A DNA stretch of 62,897 bases, counting the filler, from Reclinomonas americana ATCC 50394 (taxonomy: Eukaryota): NCBI GenBank assembly GCA_048213135.1. It is 11 parts of 11 records of this genome, joined end to end, with 100 filler letters (N's around TTAATTAATTAA, not from the genome) between each part and the next. Parts side by side here need not be neighbours in the genome. Positions count along the whole stretch, not along the records: positions 1 to 6,014 come from AFZH01019568.1; positions 6,115 to 13,166 come from AFZH01019569.1; 9 more parts are not named here. One strand, 5' to 3'. The position numbers and the translations under genes are program-made. Below, piece after piece: positions 1 through 9,400 of this stretch. How positions within the stretch are numbered: position 1 is the stretch's first letter; each line of letters begins with the position of its first letter. The notes under the pieces are model-generated. The model searched no databases. It was not told where the DNA came from and was given only the letters and a program-made list of their open reading frames with translations.

Positions 1-48
<48 letters not shown>
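1..48. repeat. (TC)n microsatellite
   Basis: Near-pure TC dinucleotide run at the window start, probably intronic. Confidence 0.95.
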
Positions 49-50
<2 letters not shown>

Positions 51-79
51 GTGTGAAGGCTCATGCACAATCGTCGCAG

Positions 80-701
80 ATCGCGGAGGAGCGCAAGGTG
101 GAAGGCTGTGAGTTTGTTGCCGCCGACTTTTTCACTTACAAGCCCGACAAGCCTTACTCGTTCATCTTTGAGTTTCGTGCGCCGTGCTGCTGCTCGTCTG
201 CCGAGTGCCCGTCACTCACACGTTGGTCACAGTTATGCGTTGCGTCTCTCCGCAAGACGAGAGCAGTGGTTGATACGGACATGCTGACCCCTTTCCCTGC
301 CACGCAGCTTCCTGGCCGCACTGCCACCGTCCCTGCGACAGCCGTGGGCAGAGAAGGTCTGCCATTCTTGCCGCCCTCTCTGCGTAGATTGTGACTGACA
401 ACCGTGCATAACAGATGAAGGAATTGTTGTGCCCGGGCGGCGAACTGCTGACGCTCATCTTCCCGCTGGGCACCTACGAGGGCGGCCCGCCATACGCCAT
501 GAGCTACGAGCTGTTGTGTGAAGTTGTCCCCGAATACCAGTATCATGGTGCAACGTCGCGTGACTTACGTTTTTCCTGCACAGTGTCGAAGGCTTGCTGC
601 GGCCGCTCGGCTTTGAGAACATCTACGACGAACCAGTGGTGAAGGACTCGATCAAGCCACGCCGAGGCGCCGAGCGTGCCGTCGTATGGCGACGTTCTTG
701 A
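80..701 (+). CDS. SAM-dependent thiol/halide methyltransferase (TPMT/HOL family), 5'-partial, 5 exons
   Basis: Exons 80-171, 233-238, 308-356, 415-512 and 584-701 give ...VAADFFTYKPDKPYSFIFDYAFLAALPPSLRQPWAEKMKELLCPGGELLTLIFPLGTYEGGPPYAMSYELVEGLLRPLGFE...*. The DFF, FDYxF, LxPGGELxTLxFP and GGPPY motifs are typical of the TPMT/HOL family. Confidence 0.85.
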
Positions 702-851
702 AGTTAACAAACAAAAAGTTCGGTTTTTCCAAAAGCCTCGGCACGCGCTTTGTTTTTGTGCTCCGATCGCGCAAGCCACCACCACCACCGCCACTGCCAA
801 CTCCCGCGCACGCGACACTAGTGTGAGACACACAGAGAGAGAGAGTGAGAC

Positions 852-2662
852 ATGACGAGTCACCGCGACAGTGAGCCTGTGGTCACCGCACTGGCCTCGG
901 ACTCGCTCTACCACCAACTGCACATGCACCAAAAGCCTTCGATGATGGCGACAACGCAGCAGAGTGTGTCGGACGCTGTCAACAACGAGCTGGTGCTGCT
1001 GACAACACCACTCGCTCTCTGGGACACACTGCTGATGCCGACGACCATGCCTGCGCCTGCTGCTGTTGACTCGGCCGCATGTGCCATTGGCCCGTCCTCC
1101 TCTGCCTCCTCACCACCATCATCCTCTCTGTCACTGGTGGACGCACTCCGCAAGCTCAGTGATGTGCTGGCCCGTTGCGTCACTCGTTGTCAGTCGTCTG
1201 TTCGTCGTCCGTGCTCAGTTTCACTCACTGATCGCGATGCAGTTGGCCAGTGGAGACTGGAGCGCAGTGAGCACCTGGAGCGACTGCTGGAGCTGGCCAA
1301 GCACAAGGACGCGGAGACACGACACGCGGCTGTGTCGGCCTTGTGGGCGGCGTTGCATGGTCGGTCGAGTTTGGTTTCAGCCAACTGACACACCAATCAT
1401 TGGTGGTGACTGACATGGTGATGGTGTGTGATGGTGTGCAGACAATGCCGAGTTGCAGTACATGCTGGGCGGGCTCGGTGGTGTGCGAGTGCTGAGCTCG
1501 CTGTTGGTCGACTCGTGTGCCGATGTGCGGTTGGCGGCTGGTGGAGCTCTGCGAAACGCGTTGGCGATTACTCCGCTCAATCGCGACGCGCTGTGCGAGT
1601 GTGGTGGTGTGGAGGATTTGGCGCGGTCCATTGCCCTCGGTGCCAACGTGGAGAACGTCGGAGCGCTGCGGAACGCCGTACGGAGTGAGCACAAGGGCAA
1701 TGTCCGCACACTGCTGTCCAAGCCGTCGTATCTCGCCACGTTGATTGAGTGCTGTGCGTCACGCGAGCGGCCAGCGGTGCAGGAGCAGGCGCTTGCAGCC
1801 ATCATCAGTGTGGTCAAGAGTTGCGGAATGCATCAGTGGAAACAATGGGTGCAGTTGAGTTGACGATATGTGTGTACAGGCGACCGATCGAGTCGCAAGA
1901 TGTTGGAGGATCTGGACGGGTGGGATCGGATTCGTGCATTGAGCGATCCCGGCAACTCGTGCGACGCTGTGCGACTGCTGGCCGAAGAGGCGCTCAAGCA
2001 ACGGAGAGGTTTGTCTGTCGTGAGTGCACCACTGATGATAATCTACGCCGTGCTTCTCACCACCACCACCACCACCCCCAACAACAGCACTGTTGCACTG
2101 GTCGGCAGACCCAGCCACCAGCTCTGCAGGCGTTGCGTCTCTCACTGCATTGCGCTATTTCCTTCTTTGTTTATTGACACTTTCGTGCAGTACGATTTCT
2201 TGTGGACGATTGACGAGGACGGCTCCCGAGTGACCAAGAGCCACATGAATGAGATCATCACCATCTGCAAGGTCTGTACACACTGCAGGATCACTGCTAC
2301 GGCGTCTGTTGTCTTACATTTTCGTGTTCGTGCAGTCGGTCGAATACTTTGAACCGAATTCAGGGGTGCATGAGTTCTCGCTGCTGGTGGTGCGCAAGAC
2401 CAGCTCCAACAAGAGTCACATTGGCCTTTGTTCGCACACATACAACAACACGTCGTTGAGTTTCGACGGTGCACTGCACATGCCGATGGAGGCCTTCAAG
2501 GATGGCGACGTGGTCAAGTGCATTGTCGACATGCGGGCCTTCCAGGCTCAATTCTTGGTGAATGGACGCGCCGTGGCCGACATGCCAGTGCCACGCACGT
2601 GGACACGGGTGCATGTGGCCGTGGCTGTGCGGCACTTGGGCGGTTGCTTTGCATTTTGCTAA
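852..2662 (+). CDS. Armadillo-repeat protein with C-terminal SPRY/B30.2-like domain, multi-exon
   Basis: ARM-like helices (ETRHAAVSALWAAL, DVRLAAGGALRNAL, AVQEQALAAIIS), followed by SPRY-like strands (GVHEFSLLV...HIGLC...FKDGDVVKCIVDM...FLVNG...VHVAV). Confidence 0.6.
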
Positions 2663-2757
2663 TACCGGCGAATGGGTTGCAAGCGAGAGTGTCACAGGAA
2701 TGATCGGTGGAGATATTCGTAGAGAGATATGTTGCTTTTTTGAGGAGTCACAATGAA

Positions 2758-4501
2758 TTAACGCTGTTGCGACAAGTAGGCCTTCTCGCGCGAATCATAA
2801 AAGTGCAGCAAGTCTTCGCCACGTGGTCCCGGTGAGACACCGTATCGAATCGGCCGTGGTGAGCTCTGAGGGGGCATGAGGGAGTCAACGCATGCAGCAC
2901 ACAAGTCCACGAAGAGACAAACCAACATACCGTGATGAACTCGGCAGGAACCCGCTCGCCCAGCTCCAGGGTGAATTCGTTCGAGTCCCTGTTACACAGG
3001 TGAGCAACAGATGACCACAAGACACACAACACTCATCGGCAAGGTACCTGAGTTTGACTCCATCCTGTCCGCCGGGCCAGCCGACACCAATCTGCACGCG
3101 GGAGAAATGAGCAACCACCACGCGCGGCAGGGAAACACACACACGAGCGCAACATTCATGGCCACACACAGGCGTCCAGGCCCGGCGCACATCTCTGTAA
3201 TGGGAATGCGACGAGGCCGGGCTGCCGTCGATCGCTGACTGCGATACTCTTCCATGGCTTCGACACCCTCCAGTGGTTTCAGTGCGCGAATGAGAACGCT
3301 GCACTTGTTGGGCAGCACAATGTTGAAGAGCGGGTAGCCCTGCAGTGTGAATATGTAGGCTCGACCGACCGCATCCGGTGCATGCAGAGTGCCCGTCGTC
3401 TTGGTGTCTGTCCGATGCATTCATTTGTCTGCCATGACAGCACTCGGGGGAAAAAAGCAGCATGGGCCATAGTGACGCAACGCGCATGCGACCCCGGGTC
3501 TGTCACACCGTAATAGGCCTCCAGCTCCACAATCTTGGCCTTCATCTCGTGCCCGTCACACCTGCATGCACGACGTCAGTGCAAAACACCAGCGATGTGC
3601 GCCTCTACTCTCACACTCTCTCACCGGCGGACCACCACAGCACCGAGGAGGAACCTGGCCACATCCTCCACCGCATACTGCGGCGACTCAATCACGTCCC
3701 ACAACTGCAGCACGCAGCGATGTGTGAGAGCGAGGACAACAGGCGTGACCGACGACTACGTGGCAAACACACACACATACCGATGCATCCGGCGCAATCG
3801 GCACCGGCTGTGCGTCCTCGCCGCCAATCGCCGCAGCAATCGCTGGCGGGGGAGCAGCAGCCGACGCTGCTGATGATGATTTCTGCCGCTTGCGCGGTGG
3901 CTCTGCTGCTGATGGTGCTGGTGGTGGCGGTGGCGCAGCAGCTGCAGCTCCCCCAGCCGGACGGGCGAACCGCGACCAGTCGTCCTTTTTCTCCTTCTTC
4001 TCCTCCTCCTCTTGATCTTCTTCCGAGCCACCGCCATCGTCGACAATCACATCACCATCGTCGTCGACGGCCAGCACCTCGGGCGATCGCGATCGCTTCC
4101 GCGGCATCGCCACTGCATTGGCCGAGTCGAGAACGACCTCCACCGCCCCGGCAGCGAGGCCGCCATGAATACCGCACGCCAGCAGCGAGTCGTGCACGTC
4201 CGTGTCGTCGGGATTGGCGGCGTCAGTGGCCGGGTTGAGCAGACGCCCGTCGACCACCACCGAGCGTGCGCGAAGCGGCGCAGCACCGTTGCCGACAATG
4301 CGCTGCATGCGTGTGGTCACTTGCTCGACCAGCGCGCCCAGTGTGTCGGCGTTGCGCAAACCGGTGAGCACAATGTGCTGCACGTCGGCGCCGCGAGTGA
4401 CGCGCACCGAGCGCAAGGAGAACTGTGCAAACGGGCATTGGTTGGGAGCGCGCGCCTGTATGACGAATAAGAGACAAAACCCGCACCTGCTCCTCGCTCA
4501 T
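2758..4501 (-). CDS. MPG: DNA-3-methyladenine glycosylase (AAG/MPG family) with long N-terminal extension
   Basis: Spliced motifs VARFLLGAVVVR, KAKIVELEAYYGVTDPGSHA, GRAYIF, VLIRALKPLEG, GPGRLCVAM and SPRPIRYGVS...LLHFY. Start MSEEQ at 4501; stop at 2758. Confidence 0.88.
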
Positions 4502-4583
4502 CAACACACAGAAAAACACAACAAATCGATGTCGACATCGATGTCGACCAAATGCCAAGAAAAACACAAGTCGATGTCGATCT

Positions 4584-5958
4584 TTATTCCGCCTCACTTC
4601 CGCCACTCCCACTGCCACCTGCCGACGCCGATGCTCTCCTTCGTGCTCTCCGCACCGGTTTGGCTGCCCTTTCTCCGCTCTTGCTGGCCGATCCGCGCTC
4701 CGACTGCAACAGGAAATGAGTTGTTGGATGAAGAGAACGATGAGTGGCAAGCAACTGCAGCGGCGTACCGACTCCTCCCGCTTCATCCTCTTGCGTGGTG
4801 GTTCCGCGCTGTTCGATCGCATCTTCATGCGCTCCCGCTCCCGCTCCTTCAGCATCAGCAGCTTCTTCTTCTCACGACCGCGCAACGCCTTCAGTCCCTT
4901 CTTCTTCTTCTTGTGATTGAGCACGGGGGCGGAGGCGTCGGCCGACGACGCATCGTCGTCGTCACTGCTCGCTTCCGAATCACTGCGATGCGGCAGCTGG
5001 AGGACGAGCTTCTCCTGCTCCAGCTGCCAAGCGTATCTGCATGTCAGCAAGAGAAACGCACAGTTCGCGATCGCGCGAACGCCGATGCCGTGCCGTGCCC
5101 ACAAACCTTTTTTGCATAGCGCTCGCTGTTGACCGACGGCTTCTCCAGAATCAGCACCACACGCTGCATGTACAGAATGGGCAGGCCCGGCACGAGACGC
5201 ATCTCGGCACGAAAATCCGGGTCCTCAGTGGCCAAGAAATAGTGGTCTGGGTTGTTCTCGCCAATAATGCCCCGAATGCTGTCGGGCGCCGAGCGCGGCA
5301 CGACCTTCTTTGGTCCCTTTTCGCCTTCTCCCTTCTCCTCCTCCTCCCCATCCTCCTCCTCCTCGGCCTCTTTCTCCTTCTCACCACCTGCTGCTTCCTC
5401 GGCTGTCGGAGCACTGATGGGCCTTAGCCGCTGCGCATACCACCGCGCGTCGTTAAAGTCGGGACCGAGGCTACGCAGTTCCTGAACCACTTCACGCGTC
5501 ACCAGTGCGCGCAGGGAGAGAGAGCGAGTCAAGGATCAAACACACAAGCGCGGACGCAGAGAAACGAGGGAGGTGTGGCGACAACAAAAAAGGATATCCA
5601 ACTGCACGCGATCGCCGAGCGCCTTCTCAATCATCTCCTGCGGATCGTTCTTGGTGCGCAGAATGGCCACGATGAAGCTCCCGTCCACTGCGCAAATGAC
5701 GTCAGCAACTCTTCGCGCTGGCAACACCCCACCACCATAATCGTGGACGCAGAACAAGGTGCCGTTGAGCAGACGACACGAGCGGCCTCGGTGCACGTGC
5801 GGCGTGTGTGTGAATGTCTGTGCATGTGCAACGTCGCCCGCCCCCTCCCCGCCTCGCCCACGCACGCAACAGAGAACGCGATACGGTGCGCGGAAGCCAT
5901 AGACTGTGCGGAAGAAGAGCACCGTGCGGCGGAACTGTTTGAGTCGCTTGTAGCGCAT
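4584..5958 (-). CDS. UTP23: rRNA-processing PIN-domain protein UTP23 (Fcf1 family)
   Basis: MRYKRLKQFRRTVLFFRTVYGFRAPYRVLLDGSF and HYFLATEDPDFRAEMRLVPGLPILY...LEKPS, followed by a basic C-terminal tail. Confidence 0.88.
5505..5597 (-). other. U12-type (minor spliceosome) AT-AC intron in UTP23
   Basis: On the minus strand: 5' site ATATCCTTTT, branch-like TCCTTGAC (5528-5535) and AC terminus. Removal gives LGDRVQL-V-VTREVVQELRSLG in frame. No AG acceptor is available before the next exon. Confidence 0.85.
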
Positions 5959-6014
5959 GTGATTGTGATTGATGCAGAGGATGAGGACCACCAAGTCCTG
6001 CAACAATCTCTTTC

Positions 6015-6114
6015 NNNNNNNNNNNNNNNNNNNNNNNNNNNNNNNNNNNNNNNNNNNNTTAATTAATTAANNNNNNNNNNNNNNNNNNNNNNNNNNNNNN
6101 NNNNNNNNNNNNNN
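6015..6114. other. Artificial contig-joining linker N44-TTAATTAATTAA-N44
   Basis: Identical 100-nt linker with stops in all six frames. It recurs at 13167-13266, 22481-22580, 32144-32243, 41747-41846, 44271-44370, 48098-48197, 53760-53859, 57312-57411 and 61019-61118. Confidence 0.98.
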
Positions 6115-6468
6115 TTATATGGTTGCTCGCTGTTACATTTTGTTCTGTCCACCCCGACTGTTAGAACCGTTACACCCGTGTCCGGAAAAATTTCTTTTCT
6201 CGACAACGGCGAATCACTGCCGGGAAAGGAAAAAAACACCGGAAAGCGCACCGCGTGCGCTTTCGATAGATGCCTTTTCCGTGACATGATCAAAAAATTT
6301 CGCGGCGCACCACTCGACGTAAACTTTGTGACCGCCGGCTGACGCTCTCAGCACCCAGCACCCCCTCCCTCTGCCGTGCGCGATCGTCGCAGGACAAGGT
6401 GAGCAAGCCGTGTACCCGACTTGTTTCACACGTTGCGGTGTTGTTGTGCGTCGGCACATGTCTGCCCC

Positions 6469-9400
6469 ATGTTTGCGTCCTCTCTCTGTGACCAACTTCT
6501 CTCCCGTTCTGCGCGACCTGTGACACCCCTCATCGTGCCGGCACGTTGCCGAAGGACTGTAGTGGTGGTGTACCCGCCTGAAACTCGTCGCTTCTGTCTC
6601 CTTCATGTGGTGTGGGTGTCACATTTTGTTCATCACGACTGGTGACTGATCAAAGTGCTGACATACAGATGCACCATGACGAGCTGCCTGCTACGGCCCA
6701 AGAGCTTCTCCACGACACAGGCACTTGCATGTCACTCTGTGATGTGTGCGAGCGCGCTGTCGTCGTCGGATCACGGGATCAGGCTGCCACAGCGGCCAAA
6801 CGCTTGACAGCCATGGGCATCGACTGCGCTCCTGGGTTCCTCGTCAGCTCGTCGCACTTGGAGCTTCTGGACGTCTACAACGATGTCGACACCCACCAGG
6901 AGTTTGCGCATGCGTCTGAGTGTGGGCTCAGCGCCGATGAGATCGAGTCATTCCTTGCCGTCGACTCGACAGGAATCCTCTCTCTCCGTGCCGGGCGCAC
7001 GCTGCCGAAGGTACCGCGTGCACGTGGAGACTCTGTGGCGTCGGCACGGTCCCCACTGGCGCAAGCCAAGTTTGTGGCTGTCCACGCCCATACACTGGAA
7101 ATGGCGGTTGCACGGGCCGTGGAGAGGTCCGAGCGCAATGAGGAAGATCCTTCTTCACCCGTGATCTGCTCGTCGTGCAAAACGAGGATGTATCGGGAAG
7201 CGCAGTATGCCGTGCGATGCGCGTGCGTCACTTGCCGCTGCTTCGTCCCAGCGAGCCGCCGACCACCGGACTCTCTCAAAGGAGGGCAGCGAGGACGGCG
7301 CAAGCGACATCTCCAGACAGTGCAAAGCACGCGACATCGCAAGAGGCGTCGGACAGGTGCTGCCACCTTCGATGCTGACGACGAGGATGACGATGACGAA
7401 GCCGAGGGCGTTGGCGGCGAGGGCGGTGACGAAGCCGAGGGCGTTGGCGGCGAGGGCGGTGACGACGCCGTGCGCAGGTCCACGTCGGCAGAACTCGCCT
7501 TTGTTTTCGGTGCCGCCGTACGCACGTTTGGTACGTATACTGTTGACCTGCTGCAGCCGCCCCGTCCAGCTGTCGTACAGCTCGCTTCTTGTGCTCACTG
7601 CTGCGTCGCCTCCACCCTTGCCAGGCGACGAAATACACATCGTCACCGAGGACGGTGTCGATGTGTTCTGTTCAAGTGACTGCAAACGCGAGTTTCTGGC
7701 AGCGCGTTTCCCTGCCGCCTCCAACCCCCGCATTCGCCGCCGTGCCACGGCTGCAGCTGAGAGCGACGCAGAGAGTGGTGACGATGCCGAGGCTTCAATG
7801 GCTAGTGCGGAAGACTCGGATGGCACAGGCGCGATGGTCGAGGATGAGACTGGTGGAGAGGAGGACGAGGAGGATGAGTCGTCGGTATGCTTGGCTCGTG
7901 TACGATGCTCGCTTCGCTGATCACTGGTACCAATGCATTTCTTGGTGCGCGCTTCTCTTGTCGCAGGATGAAGCTGTCTATCCCAATCCTCGACTAACGG
8001 CAGTGGACACAGCCGCGGTGAGCCGCCGGCGGCGCCGCAAGCCACTGGCTGCGATGAAGCCGGGCACCGAGGCGAGAATTATCAGAGAGAGAACGAGGGA
8101 GCTCCGACGTTCAATGAACAGTTTCGCGGAGAGGGTGCGGCACTCTCATGAACAGCGGCAGCAGGCACCTGCCGATGAAGAGGACGATGCTGCTGCCGCG
8201 CACCGAAGCCGTCTATCATTCGCTCTCCAGCTGGTGAGTTGCCGGCCTGCGCAGATAATATATGCCTTGTTCGGCAGCGCAGCTCAACTCGTGCCCGCCC
8301 TACATGCACACGCACAGATCGAAACCATGGACAAGAATTTTGTGCGACAGATACTCAATCCCGATCCATCCGAGTCGTTGGGCGATTCTGTGCCGGCAAT
8401 TGAGTACGAGAAACTGCGCTCGTTGCTCGTTGTCCTCGCGCAAGATCTGGTCAAGCTCACCCAACGAGTGAACTATGTGAACGAGGCGCTCGCCGTGTGC
8501 CGCAAGCAAGTACGCCAACTGTCAGACAAGTTATCGGGCATTGACAAGGCGAGGGAGCGCGCGATATATGACAAGGAGCATGGCATGACTTTGGAAGAGG
8601 GTGCGTGCTGACAGTCGCGCACACCCACACTCCTCGTCGTGATCATCGCCATTTCTGACGCCTGCTCTACAGCGGTGCATTTCCGCTATCAACTTCGGCT
8701 GCCTTGGTCTCTGTACACGTACATGCGAACTCTCCGGGCCATTGGTTTCTGTCTTCCGCCGGTGAAGCGTCTATTCGAATACGAAAAGTCTCTCCTGCCG
8801 CAACTGGGTGCAGTCGCAGAGAAACGGATCATCATCACCGACAGGAAGACAGCAAGAGCGCCGCCGAAGGTGGAAGAGATGCAACTCGCGTTTATCCAAC
8901 GGTTCCTGCAAAGGTTTGTCGGTAAAGCAGAATGATATCAGATGTCGCGAAGTCGTCACATGCATTTGTCAAATCTGGAGACTTACACTGCGTGCGCACT
9001 CGCGCCGCACATGTACAGGAGTGTGCTCGTGTTACGTTCGCCAGGAGGTGACGGAGGCGAGCACAGTGCACAGTGTCGCGCTGAGGAGTGCACCCATGGA
9101 CTCTTCGCTCTCGCAAATAAGGTGGTGGGACTGCGACCTCATCCCTCTGGCCGTTTGCAGCTGCGCATTGCCGCGGATTCTGGGATTGTTCCATCGAGAA
9201 CCTCCGCCTGTGATCTGCAGGACGACCGTGGCATGCGCACACTTACTGTTGAGACTCAATTACGCCTCCTTCAACTTTTCATCTTGACGGTAATTGGGCA
9301 TCCAACCACTCATTCGCCGGAGTCTGTGGCACTCATTGCAGTCGCGTTGATGTCGTCGGAGTCACTGGCTACCACCTTCGGTGCCGTGCGGTCGCTCCCG

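Noticed and set aside
8933..8935. In-frame TGA between ORFs 8639-8935 and 8942-10513, suggesting a pseudogene, readthrough or selenocysteine
   Set aside because: A 105-nt GT-AG intron (8914-9018) removes it in frame. Other genes in the window use TGA as a normal stop.
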